From the NCBI GenBank assembly GCA_030295235.1, contig AP026141.1, positions 620,001 to 684,000 on the forward strand: DNA of 64,000 nucleotides, given 5' to 3'. Shown here piece by piece: positions 37,762 through 50,662 of this stretch; position 1 is the stretch's first letter, and each line of letters begins with the position of its first letter. The notes under the pieces were generated by a model. That model searched no databases and had not been told where the DNA came from. It saw only the letters and a program-made list of their open reading frames with translations. The position numbers and the translations under genes are program-made. Source of the DNA: Fistulifera solaris. Lineage: Eukaryota.

Positions 37762-40700
37762 TCATTGATCTTGCAACCAATTGCGTGTCTCCTCAGCGGT
37801 CAATGGAACCACTTGCGTCACGGATCGTGTCTCGCACAAAGGAAGAAGCGAGGCACAACCTTGTCTTGAAAAGACCAAAATCAAACAATTTTCGGTTTGC
37901 GAAAAGAAGCCAGCTTCACAGTATGTCAAATAATAGTTCCAGCACCGTAAAAAAACATCATCGAAACCGAGTTTTCTCACAACATCCTCCGATGCATTGA
38001 AGCGACGTCTCCATTCTGCCAATGTTTGTGCGTAATGAAGACCAATGTTGTCAATGTGCTCGAGCGTGAGACAGGATTGTCGGTACGCAGCATCCACTAA
38101 AGCATGCAACGAAGGACAGCACGATCCGGGAAAGATAATGGTATTGATGAAATCGGTCGATCGCAAGTACGTTTCGTAACGTTGTTCCGGTGTCGTGATG
38201 GCTTCCATGACGAGAATTCCATCCTTGGCCAGAACTTGCTCGACGGCCCAAAAGAATTCGCCCAAATGCTCGTGTCCGACGGCTTCGATCATTTCACAGC
38301 TGAGAACACGGTCGTACTTGCCGCGATTTTCCGGGCGGCGACAGAATGTTCGGTAATCTACCACTTCAAACGTAATCAAACGTTCCAATCCAGCTTCTTT
38401 GACGCGTTCTTCCGCCAGCGCCTTTTGTTCCACTGACAACGTGATGCCGGTCACATGACAACCATACTTTTTGGCGGCATGCAACGAAAGGCCACCCCAG
38501 CCAAAGCCAATGTCCAACATGGTTTGACCGGGTTGAATTTGGGCGCGCTCCAAGAGAGTATCCAACTTGCGCCACTGTGCTTGCTCCAATGTGCCACGGA
38601 ATCGCAACGACGAGTCAGCCGGATTTGGGATAGCATCGTAGATGGCAGACGAGTACATGAGGGTTTCGCGGTCCAAAAAGGTACGAAACAAGTCGTTGGA
38701 AATATCGTAGTGCGCATGAATGTTTTTCAAAGAACCGCCTCGTTCCGAATTGTCCATGGTCAATTTGTATCGCATGTAGTTGAAAAACGATCCGATCTTG
38801 GCCAGCAACAATCCCGAGGCGTTGGACATAGCGTTACTGTAACTATGGCCACGACCCGATCGCCGGGGTTCATGCAGGCGATCTCGATTGCCGATGAACA
38901 GCAAAAACATTCGGGTCAATCCGATAGGATCTCCTAACACGACAGTCGTTTCATCGCGTGTGTTTGCTGGCTTGAGGACTGGGTGATACGGCTCCGTTTT
39001 GTCGTCCAACGGCTCCACGACAAAATGACCGGCCATGTAGGAACGAGCCAGTCCCAAGTCATACTCAAATGCAGTCTTGACAAAGAACCATTCATCAAAC
39101 ACTCGGAGTGTAACTGGATGCGGATCCGAACGCCCACAAGGTGTGCCGTCTCCAAAGGAAACGATCGATCCATCATTCATTTTGAGTCGAAGAGTACCCT
39201 TTTGAACGGCTTGTCGCAAAAAGTAGAAGATGAATTTTTGCAGATCGCCACGGGCCAATCGTAGCTCAGTCGTTGATACAATTTTTTGAGGTAGTGACCC
39301 TCCCGACGCCACAAGTGACAGATCGGGAGGCTTCACCACTCTCTCTTTCGCATTTTCAGCCCACGGCAAGGGTTTCCCCGGAAAGTTGCGTGGCTACTTC
39401 AAATCCAGCGCGACAACCATCTTCATGAAATCCATAACCTTGCCACGCACCGCAAAACCACAAACCGTCTTGACCCTGAAACGTTCGAGCGATGATATCA
39501 CGAGCTCGTAGCGTCGTCTGGGTGAACTGCGGATGCGCCATAGTGACACGATGATGGGTCAGATGAGACTCCGGTGGTTGGTGTGGATTCAACGACACAA
39601 AAATGTCCGTGGCCGTATCCAAGTTTTGCAACCGATTCAACCAATACGTCACGTAGACAGCTTTCATGCGCATTGACTCCTGTGATTCGCCGTTAGTTCC
39701 GTCGTGCTTGATCTTATTGCCAAATCCAGAGGCGCTGCCTTCCATGACGACATCTCCTTTTTGTGCATGAATGTGCTGTGTCGGATCGGGCAACTCACTG
39801 GATTTCCCCAAACAGTTCCATGAAGCCCAAGCTTTGATCGGCATGAGCTGGGGATCCGAATGGATGTAAATTGTATTATCTTCGTAACGAATTTGCGACA
39901 AACATTCTTGCAACGAAGGGAACGATGCAAGCATTTCTGCCGCGTTGGGTGGATGGCAAGCAAAAATAACTTGATCAAAGACACCCAAAGATTCTCCATT
40001 GGCTCCCAACAACTCGTACCCAGTCGTCAAAGCTTTTTGTACGGTTCCGATCGGAGATGACAAATGAACGTGCTCCAAAGTCTTTTGCACAGCTTGTACA
40101 TACTGTTGCGATCGACCGGCCACGGTCTTCCACTGCGGTCGCTGAAAGAGTTGCAACATTTTGTGATTGCAGAGAAAAGCAATCAGCTGCGCAGCAGGAA
40201 AGTTGAGTACATCTTCCATACTCGCACTCCATAGAGCCGCCATCATTGGCAGTAGATAGCATTTACAGAAGGCACTGCTGTACCGGTGATCGCGAAGATA
40301 CTGCCCCGTCGTGACGTGTTTGCGCGGATCGTCCGGCGCCATGCGCAACAATACCGGAGCTTCTTCATGAAAGCGCAGCATATCCCGAATCATAGAATAA
40401 TACTGTACTAAATGGCGTTTGTCGCGAATGCAACCATACGAATTCCATTCAATGTCACCTTGATCCAAACTGACACTCAAACTCATATCGGAATCTTCCT
40501 CGGGGACTTGCAATGCCTTGAACCATTCGACCATATTGGGATAATTGGAATGATTGAATACCATGAAGCCAATATCAACATCAATAGTTTTCCCCTCTTT
40601 CGTCAAAACAGGAACGGTCCAAGCATGTCCTCCGAGTCGATCTTGAGCTTCCCACAAGTGCACTTCGTAGCCTGCTTGTTGTTGCAAATGCCACGCCGCT

Positions 40701-40774
40701 GCCAGGCCAGAAACACCTCCACCGATGATAGCGATGCGCTGTTTTGGCGTTGAAGAATCTTGCATGCTTAACAC
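37762..40774 (-). CDS. cfa: Fusion of FAD-dependent oxidoreductase and cyclopropane-fatty-acid-synthase-like methyltransferase (plant CPA-FAS architecture)
   Basis: N-half IAIIGGGVSGLAAA, DIGFMVFNHSNYPN, FCGAWQGYGFHEDG. C-half NIHAHYDISNDLF, MYSSAIY, LDIGFGWGG, EMIEAVGHE, IFPGSCCP, WNYYLTYCEAGF. The two ORFs overlap and join by removing one G from GGGG at ~39377 (QLSGKPLPWAEN). Confidence 0.88.
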
Positions 40775-41312
40775 TTTTTTACTACGCGCGATCCAGTGAA
40801 ATGAGAAGAATGCAAAGAAGACAAAAAATGCCCGCGAAAAAGTGCCGATGATCGCTTTTTTGTTCTTGACGTTTTGTGTGAGTCACTTTGCGACCGATGA
40901 CGTAGGTCGACGTACGTACAACCGCCAGACGTCCTTCGGAAACAAACCAAGTGCGCACTTTCTCGTTTGTACTTTATAATCGATACAAGAGGGGGTACGT
41001 CATTCGAAACCACTTGGCGTCGCATTTTGTGCGGTCTCGAATGATTTTTTTGGATCCTTGTCTGGAGAAGGGACACCATGATGGCAAGCTAGAGCGATGA
41101 ATCTATCCTTTAGCTGAACTACCAAACTAGTCAAAACACTCGGCATGTTTCGAGGCTAATAGATATGTAATATTTAGAGCTTATCTTTTTAAACAGTAAA
41201 CAAAGACATTATCGTGCAAGCCGGTTATATGCTAAAAGGCGGAGTTGGACCCCTCACTCTCTCCAGAAACAAGTGATTTTAGTGTGAAATTCGTTGTTTT
41301 TCTTTATAGCGA

Positions 41313-42214
41313 TTACCAACGCAGTTCACCAATGTTTCCTCCTGGTAGACCTTCCGAGATTGTGACTTCAGGACCGTTCTCAACCAAGTAAGGCTCCACA
41401 CATGCCGACAGAGGGAACTCCATTGGGGCCGTGTTGAGGACTCGCACAACGTTTCCGCTTCCGGGCGATTCAATGATGCAGTAGAAAGGACGCTCAAGAC
41501 CGTCTTCTGTGTAAAGTTCCATGACCTGCTTAATGTTGTTCGGACCTTGCAACAACTCAATTCGTGCGTTCAACGGACGACCGTCTGTCTTGAGGAGAAC
41601 TTGAACACTCTGCACTTGGGGAGCAAAGGGTATGTGTGTAGAGCACCACCCTGAATAGTTCTTGGGGTCATTTTCGAAGTGCCCTTGGCGACAGGTCCCT
41701 TTGGTCCAGCAGCCTCAACGCAGGCAGAGAAGGGGAATTCGAGGTTACCCGTGTTGTAGACGGCAACGGCGTTGGGGCCTCGGGGAGTCTCGATGACGGC
41801 GCAGAAGGGGCGAACACTTCCGTCCTCAATGTAAACACCAAGTTTCTGGGGAGTGTTATCAGGACCCTGCCACAGCTCAATGTTGGCGTGAAGAGGACGT
41901 CCTTCGGTCTTCATCAAGACCTGAACACGCTCGACCTGGGGGTTGGGGAAAGACCACGTTCGGAGAGTGCTTCCCTGCACGAGAACAGGAGAAGAAGTCT
42001 CCCAGATATCCTTAGCACGCTGAGCCTCAGCAGGAGAAACAGCTCCAGCGGGGCCGCCAGGACCGACAGCGCGGACAGCCGGAGGAGCACCAGGATCGTT
42101 GCCTCCAGAGTATCCAAAGAGGGGAGACACGGTCGTCTTGGGAGCCTGCGCGTAGAAAGCAGAGCTCGAGGGAAGGATGGCGCAGAGCGCAAGGATACTA
42201 CCGTAAAACTTCAT
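41313..42214 (-). CDS. Plastid-targeted protein with internally duplicated beta-rich domain; PyShell (pyrenoid shell)-like, copy 1
   Basis: Signal+SSSAF motif; two repeats of QG..L(R/H)T(W/Y)...VQVL.KT.GRPL.A.IEL.QGP.N..Q...Y.EDG..RPF..IE.P..N.V.V.NT...EFP. One indel at ~41627. PyShell identity is from recall of the family, not from a search. Confidence 0.65.
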
Positions 42215-42409
42215 TGTTATTCTAGTTGATAGACTCTTCTTTGTCTTTAATGGCTTCGCGACGTTGCGAGTTTCCTTGTTGTGTCTCGAATGCAAAAGTG
42301 CAAATGGAGGGAAGATCAGCCAGCCTCGCCTATCGCGATAAATTGTATCGCTACAAAGAAGTGCGTACGCAGCGTGGCATGTCAAGTTCGCTCAAAACGG
42401 GGAAACGAT

Positions 42410-43014
42410 TGACGTTCAAACAGTACAAAAAGCGAGGTCCAAGGCTGTTGGCGAACGGGGGAAGTCAATGGCTGAAAAGATAGATGGAGCGTGACCGACG
42501 TCATTCAGGCTGACGTCGACGTTGCAGATTCTTCAAGTCCAACAATTATGTTGTACTGCTCGCTACTGACGGACTCTAAATAGGATCGCATAGTACTTGT
42601 CAGCGACTTATGCGTGAGCAACGGTTATTGAACTGTACCGATGTCCGCTGGAGGTTGGGCGCTCGCCAATTTTTTGAGTTTCTGAAGCCGCAAAATATCT
42701 GCAGCGTCGACGTCAGAATGGAAGAAACCGAAACAACCTTTTTGTACTGTGTTTTACAGTACTTCAACACGGATTCAGTCCTGCGATGTGATTGGACGCC
42801 AAAATTCAAAATGGCGAGTACAATGATGTCAGCAGAAGCAGCCAATCAAAACTCTTCATTTTCCTAAATATCGGTAGTTTTCTAGAAATATAAAAATGAA
42901 AGTAGTCTCTTTTTCTCTTTCTAAAATATAGAGTATACGAGGTATTGTAGTATTAGAGTATGTAGGCGCTTTCTTTCTATGTATTCTTCCTCGTGGTAAA
43001 GGACGCGGACGTCA
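42410..43014. promoter_or_regulatory. Cluster of five TGACGT/ACGTCA (bZIP/aureochrome, CCRE-type) hexamers in divergent promoter
   Basis: TGACGT 42410-42415 and 42511-42516; ACGTCA 42498-42503, 42710-42715 and 43009-43014. Confidence 0.5.
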
Positions 43015-43971
43015 TTGTTGTGGCTTGCAGATGACAATTTCGCTCACGTTTTCGTCGAAGCTGAGCGATCGCCTCAAGACTCAAGACATTCATTACAAAC
43101 GCCCAATAGCCCCTTCGGGACGCAGTTTCTTAGTTGATAAAAACGGCGAACCTAAGTATTTTTGGTATCATCGCCGGAAAAATCGCCTCCCAGAACCAAC
43201 GAAGCACTTTTCAACATTCTTTCATCCTTCAAGTTGCTGTGCAACCAAGAGAAAAGACAATTTGCATCTGCTTCTCGGTTCTCGAAAGCGCTCTCCGATA
43301 ATGATCATCTTTCGCTTTCAGAAGAGAAGATGAATACTGTCGAGCGAGAGATGTACTGGTATGATGCGCGTCAATGAAAAATCAATCATCATCATCGGTT
43401 CATGTCAGCATCCGATATTCAATCGGCAACAATCAACCAGGAACTTGAGTTGTGTGACTGTAGGGGACCCACAACAATAGACACTGCAACTACTAACATT
43501 GCGTAGGAAGATCAGAGCACTTGCAAAAGACCAGATCCGTCGCTTGGTCTTTCAATCTCAACGCACTTCGTTCATTTGATTGTCGACCTCAGCACGTCGG
43601 CATTGTCTTTCTCGACGCCTTCATTCCGTGCTTTGAAGAGAGTAATACTTCTTCTTGATTGCATAACACGCTTTTTCTTTCTCATTAATGGGTTTCGATA
43701 ACATTTAGTCAGCCAAAGACGACATGTCATGTTGTCGCCATTCGTCATTGCAATGCTTCTTTTCTTTACACAAGCTTGCGATGTCGCAGCAGCACACGTA
43801 ATGATGACGACTGAACTCGTGTCTGAAAATAAGACACAAGACACACACGATTGACCCCAGCCATCAACGAAAAGAAAATAATTAAGATCCGCAACCGACG
43901 AAACATCATCGATCATCGCATCATCGGCCGATGGGATTTGAACACAATATAGCAAAAGAACAGCCCACATA

Positions 43972-44841
43972 ATGCGTCATCGTATCGGCAGTTTTATCTG
44001 TATAACATCACTCTTATGTTCTGTGTCGGCGTTTTCGATCGTAACAAGCCGATGTGCATTAAGAACGAAGAGATCATCACTACGATCGGAGCCTGCTGAC
44101 AAAGAGCCAGAAGTTTCTCTGGAAAGTGAAGCACTGCCCGTCACTCCGAGTGTACCCGGAGCTCTGGCTAGAGAGACAGTCCGCGAGGACGAACCGACAA
44201 AGCCAGCCGAAGCGGCCGCTCCTACCATTATACAGGGAAACTCACTCCGTACTTGGTCCTTTCCGAGTGAAGATATTCAGCGCGTACAATTACTCATACG
44301 AACACAGGGACGTCCGTTGCATTCGAATGTCGTGGTGTGGCAAGGGCCCGATAATGATCCTCAAAAAATAGGTATCTACAGCGAAGATGGGATTGTGCGC
44401 CCCTTTGCTGCATAGCCGAGACACCGCATGGTCAAAATGCAGTGGCGGTGTACAATACTGGAAGTCTCGAATTTCCTTTATTGGCATCGGTCGACGCCAT
44501 CGATGCGAGCGTACCCCTAGATACCAACCTGCAAGACAAAAGTAGGACGTACGATCCAAGGAGGAGCTTTACACACCTACCCGTTCCTTCCCAACGTTCA
44601 AAGTGTGGCTGTATTTCTCAAAACAAACGGACGTCCACTGGAGGCACGTATTGAATTATTACAAGGACCAAACAATAACAAGCAAGTCATGGAAATTGAA
44701 AGCGAAAACGGCAAAGAGCGTCCGTTCTATGTAGTCATTGCCTCTCCTGGGGTGGGAAATGTCATTCGGGTACTCAATACGGCGCCGATGGAATACCCGT
44801 TGACGGCTGTTGTAGAACCCTATGAAATGGATCTGGATTGA
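43972..44841 (+). CDS. PyShell-like paralog, copy 2 (head-to-head with copy 1)
   Basis: Signal+SVSAF; same duplicated domain ([41 protein letters not shown]). Indels at ~44412 and ~44540. Confidence 0.65.
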
Positions 44842-44971
44842 ACACATATAATCATCATGAATGCTAAAATAATTAAGAACGCGATAATCTTTATAGTACC
44901 AGTATCTATCTGGAACGAGGAGATTTATTTACCACGTCAACATTGCATTATCGTCCGATCAACTATATTCA

Positions 44972-47212
44972 TTAAATATCAGGATCAAAATCTGTTTCTC
45001 GCATTTTGATGGCTTCTTCCAATAGCTCCTTCTTCCGACCGCCTGAATCGACCATCCGTTCGACCTCGGCAGCTTCAGCGGTATTCTCCGCAACCATAGC
45101 TGCTGCAAACCGATTTACGTCTGTTATTTCGGAGTGTTCCGATGATTCACTTTCTTCCATATTACTCGATGCCTTAGTGCGTTTCATGATAGCAGATAGC
45201 ACATTAGCGTCGCGCTGCCCATCTTCTTCTGTATCCAGAGCGCCTACAAGACGTTCGACACGAACTTGCAGAATGCGCTTGTCATCTGCTTTAATTATCT
45301 CGAAATTCCAGCCCCGGATCATAAGGAAATCACTTATGGCAGGAATTTCTCCAGCACACATGCAGAGGAATCCGGAAAGTGTCGAAAAGTCTCGTAGCGA
45401 TTCATCTTCTTGCAGTTTCAAGTCCAGAATGGTGTCCACATCTTCTAAATCGGCATCGCCACGAATCATAAAGCTACCATCCGCTTGCAAAGTGATGCTG
45501 TCTTCCGAAAACTCATAATCATCTTCATCGTCTTCGTCATAGATTTCTCCAACGACTTCCCTCGACAATATCTTCCAAGGAAACCAATCCCTCTGTCCCT
45601 CCATATTCGTCGACAACAATGGCCAAGTGCACGCGTCGACGGCGCATCTCTTGCAACACAGACCATCCATTAGCTGTTTCGGGTACAAAGTAGCAAGACT
45701 CTACAAGGTCGGCTTCCTTGATGGTCTTTTCCATACGAGAAGCGAGCTCCTGTGGTGTCAATGTACGTACGTAGCTTTCGAAATTGCCTTTGCGAATGCG
45801 AGCCAGATAGCGAGTGTGATCTTCCTCTTCCTCCTCTTCTTCTACTTCCACGGGCTCTCCTACCGTTTCATCCGCGAGCTCCAATTCGCTAGGAGCCGCC
45901 AATTTTGTTTTTGATTTGGTTCGCTCCATTATCTGCTTTGAAATCGTATCACTCATTTCTTCGTCGACCAAAACGCCATTCACAAAGAAATCTAGCACAT
46001 CTTTCGCTAGTACGATGCCCACAATATTATCGATTTCACCGTCATACACAGGAATACGCGAATACCCCGATTCGCGAATAACTCCCAAAACATTCACAAC
46101 ACTCATATCGCAAGGTACCGCAATCATTTCGACACGCGGACGCATAATCTCTCGAACCCGTTGTTTCTGCAAATTCAATACACCGGAAATCATTTCCTGC
46201 TCATCATGATCGATTGTACCACTGTCGAGCGCTCCGGTGACAATCAAACGCAATTGACTATCCGTCACACCCGCTCCATCCCCTTTCGGTTTGACGCCAA
46301 AGGCCGCCAAGGTCTTTTTCGCCAACCAGGTCAAACTAATTCCCAAGGGACTCACAATGGTGGAAACCACATTGACGGGAGGAACCATCAATCGCGCTAC
46401 CGTCTCAGCATTGGTGACACCCAACGATTTGGGCAACAGTTCGACAAAGAACAAAGTCAAGGCGGTCAATCCGATGGCACCCCACTTTTCGCCCCGCACT
46501 CCAAAGACTCCTGCGACAAGATGCGTAAAGAGTGTCGTGGCAAAGATACTGCACGCTGTGGATGTTACTAAAATAGTCGTCAAGACACGGGTAATGTCTT
46601 GATTGAGAATGCGGAAGACTCCCCGTGTATTGCCCATTTTCTCTTCCTCTTCGGCCATTTCTCGGACTTTCCACGGATAGAGTGTTGTGATTGCAATTTC
46701 ACACGCATGCAGCAATGCCAAGACAGTAAAGAGTCCGATCCAGAGCGTCGATAGGCTAATCAAGTCTTGTCTGTGAGAATGGAAGGTGGGGAAACGCCTG
46801 TGAGGTCAATATATCGTTGAAAATACATTTATGAAATCTGCTGTAAAACGTACTTTTGCAAGGGAACTGCAGCTGAAGGTTTCGATCCTCCGAATGATGC
46901 ACCACCCGCAAATGCATTTAGCGGCCGAAATAACAAAGTAGCTAAAAATAAAGCCCCCACATGTAGCCTGTTCTTCCTTTTCTGCGGCGATGATTGCAGC
47001 GGTTGACGAAAAAACGACCGTATTCGACCAAAATTTAAATTTCGCGACAAGTTTGATGATATTCTGGATCGGTCGAAATGCTTTTCCGCTGTTAAATGAA
47101 GAGATCTCAAAACAGGGGCGAAGCGTGTGTGTAAGGTTCTTCTCTGTCTCATTTCAAACGCTGCGCAAGGCAGAAGAATCCACCACACTGCAATCCACGA
47201 GAGAGATCTCAT
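44972..47212 (-). CDS. CNNM/CorC-family (DUF21-CBS-CorC_HlyC) metal transporter, plastid-targeted
   Basis: Signal+AAF; intron 46771-46853; EIAITTL, ELLPKSLG, VREIMRPR, SGYSRIPVY, HLAIVVDEYGGTEGLVSLEDIVE, TLSGFL. One indel at ~45560. Confidence 0.88.
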
Positions 47213-47996
47213 ATTTAACGCAATCTATTGAAAATTAGAAAGGAAGGAAGACATGAATTTGTTGAATTGTGATTCTATCCATCAGAATAAAAGCGTATGA
47301 TGTTATTGTTGTCGATGCGGTGTTTTTTCGGTTCGCTAAAAAATGCCGCTCAATAACACACGAGTATGGGAGAGATGACAGACGTCTTTGTACTGAATCG
47401 ACGTTGATGTTTATGTCCAACACAGATCTAACGTGTATTTTGACAAGGATATTCGCATCCGGTTCCAGAGTAAACGCATGGATCAAAAAATGCTTGGAAA
47501 GAGCCATTTAATGCATTTGGAAAAGGCTGGTGCAACACACTAAGGCTACCAGTAGCAGAGCGATCGGAGGCTATAAAAGGTTGCCGATTGGTATACGAAA
47601 ATAATAGTCATGATGCTTCATGACTGAATTGCAGTCGTGGAAAAGTGGAACTAACACTTTGGGTCAATAGTAAATCTGAAAGGAAGCGATCCGAAGGAAT
47701 TTTTTGACAATAAAATTCAAAGAATATGTTGTGAAATTCTGCTCATGTCAACTGCATCTGGAACGCGACAGTTGCAGCTATTAAGCAGATACAACGGAAT
47801 GTAGGCAGCGGTTCGGCAGAAGAAATATGACCCGTGACTGAGATCGACACGTAGACGACTCCTCGACTACCAGTTATAAACCTAATTTGCAGAACCTAAG
47901 TGAGCATGCTATCATTATCGAGTATTTTACTTGACTGTGAAATCAGTTATGATTGTCTAGAGGCTCCCTGTTTCATCGGCATACAATGAAGCGTAT

Positions 47997-48904
47997 TCAA
48001 GGCCACGACGTCTTTTCAATGACTTTGAGAAGAATAGGAATACCCGACTGAAGTTGCCAAAGAAACAATCCGAGTCCGGCAACATTGGCGCCAATGTGAA
48101 TGGATCGTGCCGTGTCACTGCCTTTTTGCATGGCCGGAATCGTTGCGACAGCCAAGGCCCAAACGACCACCAAACCAGCACCTGCATACAAGTGGGGGCC
48201 AGGGAATAATTTTCCCGCGCGAGCGTATGTATTCAGAGGGCCCTGTGTGAATCAAGAAAGCAATAGCAGTAAGTATAGTGTGTACAACAGAAAATACGAC
48301 CCGTCGTTTTCGTACATACCTCAATAGCGAAAGCGGTTCCCAAGAACGCCAACAAGGCCCCTTGACTGAAATGCTGATCCCGAGGAGCGGCGGCCGCCAA
48401 CTCTTTGCGTTCATTTTGCAACTCCGCGACCTGCTCCGCGATCGGCATAGCCGCTTTTAATTTCATCATATCCGCTCCTTCTTCTTTCATCGCCTTTTCG
48501 ATATCGGCCTTACTGGAGATACCCGCCGGAAGCTGTGCTTGCAATTCTTTAATATCACCTCCTAAGGTGCGCTGACGGCGCCATTGGAATCCCAAAAAGG
48601 CCGTGTATAACGTGTAAAGTAACAAACTACCCATCATGACCGGATGCAACAAAGAACCAGTGCGTCCTTCGAAGATGCCCCAGTCGGGGCCGGCTGCCAT
48701 GGCGGGTGCCGCATTCGTAAGAAAAGCAGTTGTCGCGGCGGTAGTGACAACTTGAAAGGAACGAGCGAAATCGGAAGATTCCTTTTCTGCAGGTGCCGAC
48801 ATTCGCAGCGTCAGGGTCGTCGTTGATGGCGACGGAACGACAAAGGCGGATGCCGATGACGAAAGAAGCAATGTGGCGCTGATGATGATGTTTGTGATTT
48901 TCAT
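47997..48904 (-). CDS. DUF4079-like plastid membrane protein
   Basis: ASAFVVP targeting motif; LLHPVMMGSL, LGFQWRRQRT, RDQHF; intron 48243-48319; GKLFPGPHLYAG, ARSIHIGAN, WQLQSG. Confidence 0.8.
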
Positions 48905-49168
48905 TTTTGTACAGCGAAGATCAAGTTTTGAAAGCTAACAACTATTTTATGCGTAGAGTATCGGATGATTCGAGGATGTTGTGAGAATTCAATCGAATGC
49001 GAACCTCGTCGTCCGTACCTTTTTTCAGCTGTTGTGAGTTGTTGTGATGAGAAGGATTTGCTTTTTTTTCTGCGCGAAATCGCCTTCTGATGCGATGACC
49101 CTCAAAATTGCGTCAGTCAACTTTGAGTCGCGTCAATAATTCAAGTCACGAGGATTCACGAAACTATA

Positions 49169-50422
49169 CTATTTCGGGTCTCTTCGCAGTCTCTCTAGCA
49201 ACCTTTGCCATACCTCGTCCTCAAGAACAGATGGTATATTAACGTCACACAATAAGGTCGTGTTTATTTGAGCTGAAAAGTCTATCCAAATATCACTTCG
49301 TGTATCTTCTTGGTTCGGAAAGACTGCACGTTCAGCCTCGGCACTGAATTGAAATAAACTGTCGGTTACATTTGATGTCGGGCAGAGAAGCGGACCATCA
49401 CCGCGGCTTAGCCTCTTGCCATTCCGTTCATCATGCTTCTCCAAGATCATGGCCAAGGGAGCACATTGGAGTACCGCTTCATCACTGTGTGTCGACACTC
49501 TCATTCGAAGATCTTTCGCCATGCGTTGTACTTTGGTGGGATCTACCATGTTATTCTTGATTAAATATTGAGCGAGACGATCAAAGACCAGCGTTTTACC
49601 CTGATTGGCGGACAAAGGACGACCCGATTGCAATTTGTGGCATGTTTTATGCGCTCGCATGATGTCGCAGAAAAAGTCTTGCACTAGATCTCCTGTTTCG
49701 ATATTAATGACGTTTATTGTGTTGTTGTCAAAGTATTTCGAGAGGCCCGCAAGTTTGACGAGAGTTGGGTGCTGAAACGGTGTGCTTCTTAAGAAATCAT
49801 TCCATGGAGATATATTCCGTTCCAGATCAGAATTGTAGCGGTTGTTACTTGGATTCTTCTCGTAAGCAGGATTGGGTCGACAGCGAAAGCGGTTGATTTG
49901 ATAGTAACGACTGGGCAGCCAGTGGTAGTAACGTCGATAAGCGACGACGATAGTGACCTCATACTCTGTGTCGTTGAATACTTCTTGGTAAAAGTTCATT
50001 TCTTCCGAGAATGTAGACCAGCGTTCAGTGCTGAGAACAATGTGCCGTCTGTTTTGTCGTGCCTTATTTACAAACTGCCGAAACTGCTCTATTTTGTTCG
50101 TGCAGCTTACAGTATGATTACTATCACTGTTCCTAGCAATCATGCATTGATTGAGAGCCCCCAGATGCACGTGATGATAGTAGCTCCAGCCGTCGTTTGT
50201 CAGTGTTGTAATTGACTGCACGAGTGCACTTTGTATCGTCGAGCTGCCCATTTTCCCAGGGCCTACATGAAAGACGAGCCGAAGTTGATAGTTATACTTT
50301 GCGGTAAACGAATTCGTGTCTTCGAAAACATTCACAAATCGGAAAAAGCGAAAAGAATGCACCAACATGAAGCCAATGATGGCCATCACGTATACGCTTT
50401 TGAGACGTTTAGTTCCTCTCAT
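49169..50422 (-). CDS. Type II membrane protein with sulfotransferase-like P-loop motif
   Basis: Intact 417-aa ORF; N-terminal anchor, VFHVGPGKMGSSTIQ, IVLSTE, VVAYRRYYHWLPSRYYQ. Confidence 0.6.
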   Translation of the reverse strand: MRGTKRLKSVYVMAIIGFMLVHSFRFFRFVNVFEDTNSFTAKYNYQLRLVFHVGPGKMGSSTIQSALVQSITTLTNDGWSYYHHVHLGALNQCMIARNSDSNHTVSCTNKIEQFRQFVNKARQNRRHIVLSTERWSTFSEEMNFYQEVFNDTEYEVTIVVAYRRYYHWLPSRYYQINRFRCRPNPAYEKNPSNNRYNSDLERNISPWNDFLRSTPFQHPTLVKLAGLSKYFDNNTINVINIETGDLVQDFFCDIMRAHKTCHKLQSGRPLSANQGKTLVFDRLAQYLIKNNMVDPTKVQRMAKDLRMRVSTHSDEAVLQCAPLAMILEKHDERNGKRLSRGDGPLLCPTSNVTDSLFQFSAEAERAVFPNQEDTRSDIWIDFSAQINTTLLCDVNIPSVLEDEVWQRLLERLRRDPK

Positions 50423-50534
50423 CTTACAGGGGCCTTTCTCCCGTAGGAGGTATTAAAGTCGTTTATCATTTGCATCGCAAGCCGTTCGTGTTGTTGTCGA
50501 ATAAGAGAGGCGATCGTCTGCCGTATGCCGCACG

Positions 50535-50662
50535 CCCCGAAAATCTGGGGGTGTGGTTTTATTTTTAACGTTTTGATGACCCAGAAAATCTGAGTGTTTT
50601 GTATTTGCACGTCAGCAGAAAATCTTGATGACTGATGTTTTGCATTTCCCAGAAAATCTGTC
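50535..50662. repeat. Degenerate array of (C/G)CAGAAAATCT-type cores related to the 36.6-kb minisatellite
   Basis: Cores at ~50537, 50581, 50615 and 50649 (last three 34 bp apart); spacer GTGTTTTGTATTTGCACGT resembles GTGCTATTTCACGT. Confidence 0.55.
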
